DNA of 63,305 nucleotides, filler included, from Sphacelaria rigidula (taxonomy: Eukaryota), in the NCBI GenBank assembly GCA_964200075.2. It is 11 parts of 11 records of this genome, joined end to end, with 100 filler letters (N's around TTAATTAATTAA, not from the genome) between each part and the next. Parts side by side here need not be neighbours in the genome. Positions count along the whole stretch, not along the records: positions 5,766 to 11,430 come from CAXNAA020025449.1; positions 11,531 to 17,194 come from CAXNAA020025450.1; positions 17,295 to 22,958 come from CAXNAA020025451.1; positions 23,059 to 28,722 come from CAXNAA020025452.1; 7 more parts are not named here. One strand, given 5' to 3'. The stretch's first letter is position 1. Each line of letters opens with the position of its first letter. The position numbers were made by a program, and so were the translations under genes. Of the stretch, positions 10,509 through 23,785 are shown in pieces. The notes below the pieces were generated by a model. The model worked only from the letters and a program-made list of their open reading frames with translations, was not told the origin of the DNA and did not search any database.

Positions 10509-12780
10509 GTATGTGTACACTGGCGGAAAACAGGCCGGTAACATCGTTTAGTCGGCCTTGATGTCAAACTTGAAACTAGGAGCTAGAAATTGGGTAGTTA
10601 GGTTTAGTTCATACCCTCGTATGGTTGTTCTGACATGTGTGCAAAAATTCAGGTCGAGTATCAAACACTGACCTCGAGCTTTACTTTCCGATCTAAAATT
10701 TGCGGTGGAAAAGGAAAACTCTAGTCTGTTAGGTCGTGACTTCAACTACCGCACTTGACTTTGAAGGCGGTTGAAATCATGATCATTATCAGATCAGAAT
10801 ATTTGTTTCCCACCACACTGTTTCGATCGAGAACTCATGTGCGAAGACACGGCCGTACCATTTTTTGTTCTGCTCCAAACGAATTCATGCCGCGGGATTG
10901 ATTCAGTTTGGGTCCGAGCGAGCTTGCACACTTTTCCATCGAAAAAGACGTTGTCCTTTGTGAAGCGGTTTTTGTTTACTTGTATTCAATGCAGACAGTA
11001 CAGTGCTGTCTACACTCTCTGCAGTGTGTGTTTCGTAGAGTAGGATGTGAAGAAGGGGGCTACGTACAGTGTTGTGAACCGAAGCTGAAAATGGCTCGGT
11101 CGGTTTTTCGACGAAACTAGAAAACAAAATTATTTTTTCGAATTTTCGAAGAGCTCGTTGCGCAATTCCGTGCGGTTGGCATTATTATGTGACGAGTGAC
11201 GATATGTGACGAGTGACGAGATGGATCGTATGATAGAGGTGTCCAGTGGCCTTCCTGCCTATACCTCCGGCCGCTGCGCCAGATGATACGCACACTCGAC
11301 ACTTAAGTCGAGGTATTGTGTAGATACAACTTCCGGCGCAAGTGTCATGAGGCTTCAAATTCCTCGAGGCTGGAGATTGTTCAATGGGGGATGTGAGATG
11401 TGAGCATGAACAAGCACTGTGTAGGCTGAGNNNNNNNNNNNNNNNNNNNNNNNNNNNNNNNNNNNNNNNNNNNNTTAATTAATTAANNNNNNNNNNNNNN
11501 NNNNNNNNNNNNNNNNNNNNNNNNNNNNNNGTGGGCTTGCGGGGGCGGGGGGCCGGGTTGGGGTTGTTCTCATCAGTATTTACCTGTCCCGTCCATAATC
11601 ATCTTTTATAAATTTCAGCGGCCATCTTTCATTCTCAAATACCCTCAGCACATATTTCGGTCACAAATACAGCCAAAACAGGTGCAAAAAATCAAACAGA
11701 GGACGACAAAAAAAAATTACAAAGAAATTCAACACTAAGTAGTACTTCTCCGCTGACCTCTACACAGTCGCAAGATGGGACCAACGAGCTTTCCCCCTCA
11801 CCACGTAGGACAGTATGGATGCAACAGAGCAAAAATCCTGCACTTATCATCTATTTCAAGGGCAGGCAACGTCGGGCATACCCAATACCCGGGTATTTTT
11901 CTTTTAATTGTGCTTTTACGTGGAACTCAACACGATGTGTAGGATATTGAAATCAAACACACATTACCCAATACTTGGATAAGAGTATTGGAATCACACT
12001 CCACTCCACCCAAGATTGGGATAGCATACTGAGATCGCACTTGAGTGATACTTCACATCTGGGAATTGCTGAGATTATTTTCCCAATCTAGGGGTAAAGC
12101 ATTCAGAACATACTCAATGGCAGTGACAAATTTACGGTAGTATGGTAAGGAGGTTGACGACGCCTACGACCGAGTCACTGCCGCACGGAAAAGTTGCATC
12201 TGAAAGTCGAGAAAGGAAGAGAAGAGCCCGACGACACGTGGCGACACGGAGACAAGCGCGAGTCGGACCTGCGCCAAAAACGAAAGGCTTCTGCGTCGAG
12301 AACCACAGACCGGAGAGCTGCCACCATCAACACAATAGCAGCAACAGCTCGCGAGGAATTGAGGATAGCAATGAGCGAAAGAACGGCCCGCTTCGTACGC
12401 AACAAGGGATGAATGGGGCAAGCTGGGTTGACACGAGGTCTGATACACCACTGTCTTTTCCTCATCTCTTGGCCCTTTCTTCTTCGGTCGGTGGCCTTGC
12501 GGTACCCCTTGCTTTGTGCGCTCATACCTGTTATACCGTACGGTATTTTTGAGCTACCATCACTTCTGTAGTCTCTTCCTCTATTATCTTTTCCCCCCCA
12601 TATATCTCCATATCTCTCTATGTGTGTGTTATTTCCTTCCGGTGTATACAAGTCGCAGTTGTGTGCCTCGTTTCCGAAGGGGTCATGGGTGAGAGCATGA
12701 ACCCACCCAATTGTAGCCGAAATAGACGAGCCGCAATCTGCTCCCTCACGGTTTCGGGGTTTTCTCGACTGGGCATGAAT

Positions 12781-13135
12781 GTGTGTGTGTGTTGTGTGTT
12801 GTCGTCCCGTGTATTCTAGACGCCTGTTTCCACCTTTTGGTATATGTGGGCGCACCAGCCGGGGTCACACAGGAGAAAGGCCAACACAGGAGTTTTAATT
12901 TTTTCACCTCTTCACCTTCCTCCTGCGGTGCTTGCCTTTATTTTGTATCGCGAGAGGAGTTCAGTCGTCCCTTCCCCTCGTCGACCATAAAGTCGGCTTT
13001 CGTGTACCCACGACATAGGCGCTCTCCGCTGTTGGGCAGTGTGTGTAAAAAAATCCCAGATCGATCCGAGATTTGAACCAACGACCCAAAAATTTCAAAC
13101 GATTACGAGGTTACTAAGCCACCGGGGTGACCGGC
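12781..13135 (-). mobile_element. tRNA-derived SINE copy 2
   Basis: Collinear with copy 1; (CA)n tail at 12781-12800. Confidence 0.85.
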
Positions 13136-13199
13136 TATATGAATACCTGTGTTTTTGCCCAAGACCTGTTCAATCTCAAGCAATGTTGCAGAGGCCGGT

Positions 13200-13395
13200 C
13201 ATTTACACTTTTTTCTTTGCCTTTGTTTTTTTTTTCTTTTTTTTTCTTCAGTTTACCCTTTGTGCCTGTTTCACGCTTCTGTTTCGTTTACTTTCCTTCA
13301 GCGAGGGGTTTGGTTCTGTTTCTATCTTGAGTACATCCATCATGTTACAACGGCTGGATCCCTGGGGAATCAGCTAATGGACGATAATCACTTGA
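13200..13395 (+). mobile_element. LINE-like 3' UTR / 3' end
   Basis: T-rich tract then CGGCTGGATCCCTGGGGAATCAGCTAATGGACGATAATC. Matches the reverse complement of 43092-43220. May extend upstream to ~12140 with the SINE nested inside. Confidence 0.55.
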
Positions 13396-14089
13396 TCCAA
13401 AGCACCCAATACTCGCGTAGAGTATTGATATCATTCTTAATTCTACCCATATCTCGAGTAGTGAACTGAGATCGTACCCAACTCAACCAAATCTTGGGTA
13501 TGTGGCCTCACTCCTTGCGAAGCCTAGTTCACAGGTAGGGTCAATACCCGGGTGTTTTACCCGGGTACTCAAAAGTACATACCCTACCCGACGTGCCCTC
13601 GAATGTTTCATCCCAAACACAAACTAGGGGACAACTGTTTTCGAATCTTCACGCATACGATACCTGTCTGGCGTGGTCGATGGAGCCCAATCGTCGACCG
13701 CGGGGGTCCGCCGGCCGGGCCGGCAACGACGGCATCATCTTGTGGAATTTGGTGTCCTTCATAGCCGCCTTGAGGCGGCGATGAAGGTCTTCGAAGTCCG
13801 AAAATTCGAAGTACGTTGTCGCGCGTAGATATCGCCATCGACTATCAAGGCGATAAACCTGCGTCGATTGAAAAAAAAAATGGTGTTGTTAGTTTTCATG
13901 AGAGGGATTGGGAAGAGGGAGGAAACAGAAAATATCCAAGATACAAGAATTTTTTTAAAAATAGCGACGAAGAGAACACGTCCGTCGAGATCGAGCCAGT
14001 GATGATCTTATTTCCCTTATACCCGGAAAAAAAAATACAACGAAATAAGGCAAAGCAAGAAAACAAGCCTGCAGACACCGCATTTCCTC

Positions 14090-14245
14090 GTCCAGCTGAA
14101 TTTTTGTTCAAAGGTCATTCTCGGAACCTTGGAGCAAAGCGGATCGGGGAAGTGGGCCATGCTTCTCTCGGTAGGGTGATTCGAAGTGCCCGAGACCTGT
14201 GAGGGCGATATTCCCTGTTTGGGGACCAACAACTGTGTCAAATGT
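14090..14245. mobile_element. Diverged fragment of the Harbinger-like MITE family
   Basis: Aligns by eye with 6410-6560 (GAATTTTTGTTCA...GGGTGAT..AAGTG.CC.AGAC...TTCCCTGTTTG). Confidence 0.55.
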
Positions 14246-17200
14246 CCGGAAACTGAAAAATACGCCTTCCCCGCCCCCCAAAAAATAAATGAATAAACAA
14301 CCTCAAGAAACGGTATTTTTTGGCAGGGTACGCGGTCACCGCAATTTTTCTCGCAAAATAGTTCAGGTTTGAGTTTTTACAAAACGCCCCGGACGAAGCA
14401 TACTCCGTGACCTGCCGTATCCATCCATTTCACACTCACACCAACAAGTTTACAGCTACGACAGGGCCGGTTGGGTGAGCAACGGTAGATGTCAGCCTCC
14501 AATCGAAAGTACCACAAAAACCGTCAACCAGGCTAAGCGGAATACATGCGCAATCAAGAGAAATGGTCGCGTTGCAACCGTGCATGAAACACACACATAC
14601 ACAGCACGGGAGAATGTCGACGATCGGGACCGGCTCACCACCGGTAAATATTACCTTCCACTAAAGCGGGGTGTCTGTTCGCTATGTGTATCGTACTGTA
14701 CCTTTGACAAACTGAAACGACGGGTGGAGAAGATGCCATTGATTACGGGGGGACACGGGGGACACGGGGGGCGCGGGGGCGCGCGCGGGGGGGGGGGGGG
14801 GGGGACTTCACGAGCATCATTGCGATATTGTCAGGTGTAAAATAAATTCCGAAGTTTGAGTCACTCACAACAAAAATCCGTAACAGTGATGGGGGGAGGG
14901 GGGTACATAGGAGGCGAGAGCCTACCCCTTTATCACAGCGTCACAGGTCGGGTCCGACCTTCCCCGTGCAATGCGTTCGGCAGGCGATGCGGGACCGAGT
15001 ATGAAACAATTTGACAGGATGAACGACACCGGCTTGATGAGAGAAGAAGAGTCAGAGAGAGCAATAGCTCCGTAGTTTCACGAGGAGGTAATCTTTATAA
15101 CGCTCATCAGGGCTGATCACAGGGGAGTCCGCTGAGCCTCAATAGATGGTGGCCTCGCTGTTTGGAACGGATTACAAACAGGCATGAGCCAATTTATTCA
15201 TTTTTTATGAAATCGCGGATTCCGGACAGTAAGGACGGTAGCCTTAATTTGGTTCTTTACGACAGACGGCACCCGGTCAACCAAGTTTCCAAGGGTCACG
15301 GGCCACCGGGTCGCCAGCAGCTACAGCATGTCCCGAACGTAAAAAATAAAGAGGCCGCTGCGACTAATGCACCTCCTCCGCGGGGAAAAAAAGTGGTGTA
15401 CTCGTGGAACGACTACGTAACATCATCGCAGTCCACGCTTCTCTTCTGTGTGTTTCCCAGTCATGTTATCGGTTCTGTACCGCGTATAGTTTCTCGGCCA
15501 AGAAATAGGCAGCACACGACAAATGGCCGTCCTCTCCGTAGGTACATGTCTCGACACACCACTCGGTCGCGGAGAAGCGGCTTCGAAAAAAACGTCCTTA
15601 CACGAGATAGCTGGTACCAGTCCATTTATACAACGACATGGTATACTGGTTATCATCGAGCATCACTATTGCGCTTGCTTCCGAAAGCATTCGATCGACC
15701 TACGATCATGATTCATCCCCCTCCCCCGCCCCTGTTCACCAATAGGACTCTCCGGGAAAAATAGCGTTTTCACAGAAGGTGTCATAGTCACCGAGCTCAG
15801 AGTTCCCATTTCCCTCCAGAAACATGATTAACAATGTGTCAAAAGGTGATTACTCGACGGACACGTGTGGGAATTTTTCCCCTTCATGTGGTGGTTCCCA
15901 CATCCCCCCCCCCCACCTCCCCCCGTCCCATTTATGAGCGTCCTTTGACAACAAGAGGCTTGCAGAGATAACCTTTTCCGCCGGCTAGCGGCGAGGATGT
16001 ACACCTTTATCCACATGTCTTCTACGCGTGTTCGGTTGCCAAGCCTCCAATCTCCACAGGAGACACTCCCGTGAGTCTGTCAAACGTGCTTTGAAGTCAC
16101 CCACCCGTTGTCTGGCCCCCCACCACTTCTACGACTCTTTTGTCCCCACATGACTTCTTTCGTCGCTTTTGGTGGGAGCCGGGATTCGAACTCGAGACCA
16201 CCTGTTCCTGAAGCGTACGAGATGTTTCACGGTGTCGCCAATGTGAAAAACGTGATTCCCCGCAGACACATTGTACGAATTTCCCCCTTCTATGTCGTGA
16301 TTCGTTCCCACACATGGGAACAAAATTTTCAATTAAAAATCAAAGATTGCGTTTTGCTTGTATACCCGTAAGTGGAGTATTGTGAACTAGTCTCTGCTAG
16401 AGGTGAGTGTCGTTTAGGCAAGGATTTGGCCGTGGCCGATGATGGGCAAGAAAAACAACTGAACGAGCCGATACGGCAGTACTGGCAACGCTCAACCAGG
16501 GTTCATGCGGTAACTCTACCCGAGACCCTGTTGCCAAGGTTGCCAAAGATCCAGTTTCTCAGGTTTAAACGTTTCGAGTGCGCTCATGTATGTCACTGGC
16601 GGACCCCGTTACTGAGACTGTTTCTCCGGCTTACATGTATAGGCTGGTGTTCATTACGCTCATGCATATACGGTCTCAACAGGATTTTTTGTGCCATACT
16701 GCGTAATATCGAAGTGTGTATCGAGCATCCCGGTATGGTTCGACAGGGTGTCGAGCCCTGTTCCCATCACTCCGGTACGATCCGCAAAGAATAGTTGCCG
16801 ATATAAAAAAATATCCGAATTTCAGCCGGTACAACGTTGGGAATATCCTCTCTCTCCCATCTCGACACGCACATAAATATGCCATACCCTTTTTTGGTGC
16901 AACGAGGATATTTATGCCACGTGTACTGTCGGACTGCGAGTGGTCAAAGAACAAAACAAATGGTACAGTAAGTACCCATGACCAAAGAGAGAGTCCATCA
17001 ACCAGTCAGATCAAACTAAAAGCAAGACACCGCAGAAAGGGGCCTAAAAGGGTACACATGAACATACAATACGTACAAACGTAACTCAGCCCTCTATAGG
17101 CGAAGCTATCTCGACATCACCTGTGGGAAGAACCTGGCCGCGATCGCTATGGCGGAACAGACGCGAAAGCGCTGCGCTTTCGGGAGGGTGTACANNNNNN

Positions 17201-17294
17201 NNNNNNNNNNNNNNNNNNNNNNNNNNNNNNNNNNNNNNTTAATTAATTAANNNNNNNNNNNNNNNNNNNNNNNNNNNNNNNNNNNNNNNNNNNN

Positions 17295-17945
17295 CTGCTG
17301 AGCTGAGTAAGCAAACAACGTACGCAGAGGTCTGAACCTGGAACAATCTTAGTGAACACCATTACAACCTCCACAAGGTGCTTTCACATCTTCCACATCA
17401 CACTTGGAACGCGTTGAGGTAGGTAGGATTTCGGGCCATCAACTGGTTCTTGGTCGTGGAGGTAGGATAGCGGTAATGTATCAAACACATTGGAAAGATA
17501 TCATGCGTGTTACATGAGAGCGTGAAGTGGAATTGCGCCACTTTCGTCGGGAAATATTGCTGTACTGGGTAGAAGATACCGTCCAACACCGCCCGTTGAA
17601 TAAGAGATATCGGCCGATGCGCAAGGGAGCTGCCGCTCGGGAACTGGCACGTGAACACTCAGCGCGGTTTGTTGCGACAGGCTATAGCCTTCTTTCGCGT
17701 TCACAACACATGCAGTGTTTTCACGGAAAACGTTTGCCGAAAGAGGCGTATTTTTGGTACAAGGCTTTGGATTCATTGTAGTGGTTGGGTAAAATTCTTT
17801 TGGTCGATCTTGCGTCTGACCACTCCTACTTCATCCGTTTCCTCGATGATCCGAGCCCCCTTAAGATTCGCTTGGATGATGCTTACTACACCGAGGAGCC
17901 GACCGCTCGGAGAGGATCCTGGTGCCTCCAACGACACGACCAAGG
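17295..17945 (+). pseudogene. Ty3/gypsy integrase C-terminal remnant (chromodomain-like plus extension)
   Basis: Reads LERVEVGRISGHQLVLGRGGRIAVMYQTHW..VT*ERE..LRHFRREILLYW...YFWYKALDSL*WLGKI...YFIRFLDDP...RGSWCLQ with in-frame stops. Resembles the C-terminus of brown-algal gypsy pol as I recall it. Confidence 0.65.
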
Positions 17946-20900
17946 CGAGCTCAAAACAGCCGTTCTACGGAACACGGGCACCGCTTGGGATGCAGATGAC
18001 TCATGATGCCGCATCCGAGTCTGCTTCCCCAGTCACCTTGCGTAGTGTACCGCGTTCGAGTCGCTTGTCTTGCACCGTAGCGTCGTTGAAAAACCGTGTG
18101 TTCCCCCCTCCTCCCCCCCTTCATTTGTTTCCGTACTGATTAGCCCCGTACTTGTAGTGGGTGATGTCGTGAATTGTATTTGGTATTTTGTCTTTTGTTC
18201 TTGTGTTTCGACTAATGCCGAGATAGCCCCCCCACAAAAAAGTGCACCGGAGACCGCCCGATAAACCGGCTGCGATCCCACTATTGGGCTCGTTTGCAGC
18301 AGCTTCGCCGACATGAGAGGCGTGAAGCAGTCCAAAATCAGCTAAAACGCCCAAATAAGTCGCGTCGTGCAGCACAAAAACAGCTCTAATGACATTTATG
18401 GTGACAACCTCCATGCACATTTTTGGCCGGTTCGGAGGGGGGGCTATCTCGGCAGTAGTCTTTCGTTTTTTTTTTGTGCTGTGTTTTGTTTTTTGTTGCC
18501 TTGGACCCTGACTTCGTGTTTTTTTTTGTATTGTCTTTGTATCATTTCTTTGTTTAATTGTTCTTGTCTTTTTTTTTCCCTTCCCTTCTTTTCTTTTCCT
18601 TTCGTGTCGTGCTTTGTTTCAATTTTTGTGTCTAATGAGTAATTTTCTTGGTTATTCCTGGGTTCATCTGGCAAAGTACAAGTGACGGCCGTTCCATTCC
18701 TGACCCCGAGTCTGGAACCTTGAACCTCTGTCCTCCGCGCCGTACATTCACAACCATTCCGTCTACTGGAACAGTTGCCACGAGTTTTTTACTTCTTCAT
18801 TTTTCTTCATTGTACACACTTTTTGTCTTGCTTTGTTTATTGTATGGTCTACATTTTTGATTTGCTTGTTTTTGATGAAGAGTTTCCGGAGCGAGCGCTA
18901 GCCATACCTGACGCCCACGTCTGGAATATTTGCGCTCTTGTTCAATCGCTCCGTACACGAATGCCGCCTCCCTCTTCGGGATCGGTCGTGACGTGTCCCT
19001 TTTTTGCGCGCGTACCACGTTGAGTTTTATGTTAACATGAGCGATAGTAACCGATGCCGAGTGCCTGAAATGTCTTGATCTTCGTGGCCGAAACGTTTGA
19101 CCCTACTTGCTTCGTATACACGATAACCGCTCCCGTTTACAAGGATAGTTACCACGTGTTGTTTTTCTACTTTATGTTGCGGATATTTTGTTTTCGCTGT
19201 TGCCCAACGTGCCCCTGGTTTCGTATTTATTTTGGTTTTGGTTTCTGCGTCCATGTAGGGAATTTCGCCATGAGGGTTCCAACGTTCCTGACCCTCGAGT
19301 CTAGAACACTTGGCCTACTTTTTTTTTTGCGAATCCTGCCGTGTGTGACCGACCTCGTGTATAGGAGGGTCACGGGTGATGCGACGCGATGAGTTATACT
19401 TGGTGATTGGTAAGTTACAACGAGGTCACCACTGGCCGCGTCGTACATAGCGGTGTTGAAGAATTGTCATTGAAGTCGCGGTACAATCGGTTGCAAACGT
19501 CTCCTCATACACAGGACCATCACGTATCATGATAAGGTAGATTGCTCTCCCGGAACTGTCCGTTCCGCCATGTCGATATTCGACCGTTGGTACAGCCTAC
19601 AGGCTCAGAGCCCGCCACTCGCTATTTTTTTCTGTCACTTTCATCAGCTTTTTGCGTACAATTACCCGCCCCCGAAATCGGTCGGTGGTGCCTTGTTTTA
19701 ATCACGGATTCTTGGACGAAGTAACGTGACGGTACGACCAGCTGTGGGTTTTACTCCAGTTTATGTTCGGGCCAGTCTCGTTTTAGTCCGAATGGGCAAA
19801 TACTGTGAGGAGTGGGCTGCGTTGGTCCTCTCTGTTCTGTTTATTTGTCGTGGTTCAGAAATGTGGTGGGCGATCCGCCTCGGAACTACGTAGTGGGCCC
19901 GAAGGTTGTATATTGACTCCACCACGTTTCTTTTGACGTGTACGGACACCTGACCTCACAAACCGGTCGGTTGTTTTGGTATCGTCGTGTGAGAAAAACA
20001 AATGCTGTACGGCTGGATCATCAACCAGACGTCCCAAGCAAGTCGTTGCTCTCAAAAACATGTACCGACAATTGACTCACGTCAAATGGGTTGATTTGTC
20101 CGTATCATGCTATTTTTGTTTTTTTCAACGTATGGTTTTCGCGGGAAAGGTCGTTTCCCGCGACGAAATCGGCTGTATGTTGATGGTTTTGCTGATTGAT
20201 TGGGACGAGTGATTCGCATGAACTCGGTTACCGGAGTAATATAATGCCTTGGCGGGCTTGCTTGTTTTTCTACCAATGACCTAAAACAAATCGGACACCC
20301 GTAAAGGAATGAAGTATTTATACATGATATAGTTATGGCAGGGTAGGATAATCGTTTCAATGATAGGTCTCTGATTTCCTGTGGCTATCCCGAAAATGCT
20401 CACGGCATTCTGAAGACACTGCATTTTGTGGTATATGGTTTTGATTGTTGATTTTGGATTCTTTTTTCGGATTTCCCATGACTCCGTCTGAAAGGCTCAC
20501 GGAACATGAGGATACTGAATTATTGTATCGATTCGATTTTTTTCTCTTTGCTTTGTGCTTGTGTTTGTATTTTATTGATTTTTTTGTGTTGATCGCCCCT
20601 TCCCGTTCCTCGTACCAACGAAGACTCGATCTTCAACATGAGTCTCAGTTTCCTGTGGTGTGGGAGAGGTGTGGCTTGATGCAAGTTCGTCCCTTCTGAA
20701 AAGGAACTGCACTTGAACGGTCCAGGGTGGGCTAATGTGATGGTAAATGACTGAGTGCCTGAATTAAACTAGTTCTTTGGGATTTGTAGATGGTCCCCAG
20801 AAACGACTGGCGGATGTAAAAAGATTCTAGTCGAGTGTGTGCTTAAAAAGTGGATGAGTAAGCGGTGCCTTTTTGGATATTACTGCGGGATCCGAGGAAT

Positions 20901-21664
20901 TTCTAGACTAATCTGTGCATTCTCGGCCGTGCAACTACGCACGTTTTTACGCAAGCTTTGATTGGCCACAGCATCGCGCGTCAGGCTGATTTTGCAGTCG
21001 GATTGCTCGTATCGGATTGGCCATATGGGGCATGCACCTGCCAAAATAGGTAGATGAAAGGCACCCGCCACAATGAGTTGGTGTTATAGCCATTGTATGC
21101 GTAGCTAGGAGGTTTTGAGGGTAAGGGCGAGCAGCGCCCACCATCGTCCACGAGTTCGCTTGCATCCTTGGACCATCTAGCCACCTTTTTGGGTTACGTA
21201 TAGCATTAATACAAGAAGGGTCGACAGCTATTCTCTGCGCTCCTGGCTACTGACACCCACTGGTCTACAAGCCATGACAAACTAACGTGAGTGAGTCACG
21301 TGTAACATAACCCCTCGCTCCCATCTGTCTATCAATTGCACGCAAGACTTTGGGATCTGGTCTGCAGCTCAATACAGCTGGCTTGTACGTTGGTAGAGAA
21401 TCCTCAGCTTTGATAATTCAAGTTGGACACAGGATCAGCTTGCCATATCCCACCATAGGGGTGCGGCTTGCTTTGCTAGTGCTTACCATCACATCTGTTG
21501 TGAATCTGTCGCGTGTACGAAATCCGATCCGTCCGCTCCGGAATGAAGTTGTAGTTACTCGCGCATAAACAACCAATTGCGACAGTCGCCTAGCCAAGAA
21601 GTCCATAGCAGCAGGCAAAGACGGAGAAACTACATTTGGAGCAGTACTGTGCTACAGAGAGGTT

Positions 21665-22520
21665 GCTAGATTATTCAAGGTAGGAAATGACGCCCGGCTG
21701 ATAACGTACTGTTTTTTTTGTAGACGTATAAAAGACACATGACACAACCGTATCGAAGAATGGGCTGTGGAAAAGTTGTGGGATATTAGGATCCGAGGGA
21801 ACTTCTGGAGAATGGCGAAGAAGATGACAATGTGCGAGAAGTGCTATGGTGCTAGATAAGGAAATATTGAAATACTTCGATACTTTACAAGGAGTTGCGC
21901 AAGAGTGTACGTTATTACCCACTTTATTCCAAGTTTTCATTTTTATTCCAAGTTTTCATTCATACCTGATGATAGCAATAGAAGCAGCATAGCAAGGAGT
22001 CAAGGTCGGGGGCTGTAATGGGTGGGAGGACCGCGTGAGTTTTGGACCGCATCGGAGTTTATACATTTCTATGGTTAGGGTTTAGGTTAGGGTCAGTGCA
22101 AGGGTTAGAGTCAGGGGTGCGGTCGCTGTAGGGACTGGCCCGAGGGGTCTTGAAAATCGTCGATCCTAGGGTGTTCAAATTCTGATGCGGTCCAAAACAC
22201 ACAAGGTCCTCTCACGCATTACAGAAGATGACACGGTATGTTCGCGATGATTTCGTAGGGATATGAGTAACCCCAGAAGGATTGCAGAAGCAAATAGAGA
22301 AATTGCTAGAATACACGAGGGGTGGGAGAGTGACAGCTAACGTAAACAAATGTGCGATACTTGTATGCCATGAAAATAGGGAAAACCCGATAGAGTTGAA
22401 ATAGAAGTGGGAAAAAGAGGAACTACCGATCGTAGACCAGTGTACGTGTCTTAGCGTAGAGATATAAAAATGAACTGTTCTTGGGATATACATATAAACC
22501 AAGTGATAGAAAAAAGCAAC
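21665..22520 (+). pseudogene. Non-LTR (LINE) reverse transcriptase remnant
   Basis: Frameshifted motifs YCFF..DV.K..DT, LQGVAQECTLLP, MF(A)DDFVG, PEGLQKQIEK and TANVNKCA; interrupted by the MITE at 22014-22223. Confidence 0.8.
22014..22223. mobile_element. Ginger-like telomere-repeat MITE (copy 2, opposite orientation)
   Basis: TGTAATG...CATTACA ends, collinear with the reverse complement of 191-401, seven GGTTAG-like hexamers at 22073-22114. TSD not retained. Confidence 0.8.
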
Positions 22521-22745
22521 GGTGGCCACTGGGGTGCACACGCGGCCATTCGGCTACCTTGTAGAGGATTTTCCAAACATCATCCTCGGTTCCGTCCGTT
22601 TTGAAATCTCCGCTAGAGGGTCTTGAGTATTCACAATCCTCTAGAGGATTGTGAATTTTGGGGCCTCGCAGGTCTGTATCAATGATTGAAACCCTTTGAA
22701 TTTTTGAAGGAATAGGTGCTATGGGAATCTGGAACTCGTACAGCC

Positions 22746-22958
22746 TGTGGCGAAATCACGCCGTCACGGTTGAGTATATTTTAGTGGATCCTGGATGATG
22801 ACAAGGGGACAAGGGCATCATGTGGATGATGATCCTTGCTGTGTAGCTCAGGCCAGATGGTGCAGGGCTGCAGGGGTTTCACTCCGAGATAATGATAAGG
22901 TATTGGAAAGGCTGACAACTGAGACATTGGGGCCAGAAGAGCTGGGGAGTCCCTCAAC
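22746..22958 (+). mobile_element. Gypsy-family LTR (cut at the contig end)
   Basis: TGTGGCGAAATC...GTCCCTCAAC; near reverse complement of 34069-34278 and similar to 38427-38650. Confidence 0.7.
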
Positions 22959-23649
22959 NNNNNNNNNNNNNNNNNNNNNNNNNNNNNNNNNNNNNNNNNN
23001 NNTTAATTAATTAANNNNNNNNNNNNNNNNNNNNNNNNNNNNNNNNNNNNNNNNNNNNGGGATTGATTCGTACGCTTCAAATACATTACACTAAAACCAA
23101 GTGATTTCCAGACGAATCGTTATTTGTCCGACCCTTGAAAAATTGCATTTGTGCCATCTCTCAGTATCTTGAATTATTGACGAAGAAGAGAGGGTTTTGG
23201 AAACGCTTTTTTTTGTCTTCTCTTTTTGTCAGGTTAACTTGGCTGTTGTCAGCATGCGTATCTCATGGATTTGACACTGCGGGACTCGCAATAGTGGTTC
23301 ATCGTTTCGAGTTCCTCATGTCTTGTGTGTAAAAAAAATCAAGAGTTTTCGACAGTGCTTACTTCATGTTATGTATGTATACTACATATGCTCCGCAAAA
23401 GTTAGGTTGGCCAAAAAATGTACAAAAGTTAGACTCACCAAAAAAAGGCTCGAGGAATCTAACCACAGTGACGAAATAGACGTGCCCGAGGTGAACAAGC
23501 ATATTTGGAAAAAAGGGGGGGGAAAGATCGATGGAGGTGGAGAGAGAACAAACAGAATGGCCTGACAAAAGAGGATTATAACGAAAAACCAGAGTTTATG
23601 GCTTTCTGCGGTAGAAGTGATCTATCACAGCGACATTTAAGGTGTTTCG

Positions 23650-23785
23650 CACACCCTGGACAATAGAATACAGCCAGAGAATGTACTGCGTACAGTATCG
23701 ATTATTGCGCCTATTGCAACAGACAAAATATTCCGTACTGTACACCGTACATTTTTTTACAATATAAACTTTTGTCCAGGATGTC
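23650..23785. mobile_element. hAT-like MITE (CACACCCTGGACAA family)
   Basis: TIR CACACCCTGGACAA / TTGTCCAGGATGTC; 8-bp flanks GTGTTTCG / ATGTTTTG (6 of 8 match). Confidence 0.6.
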
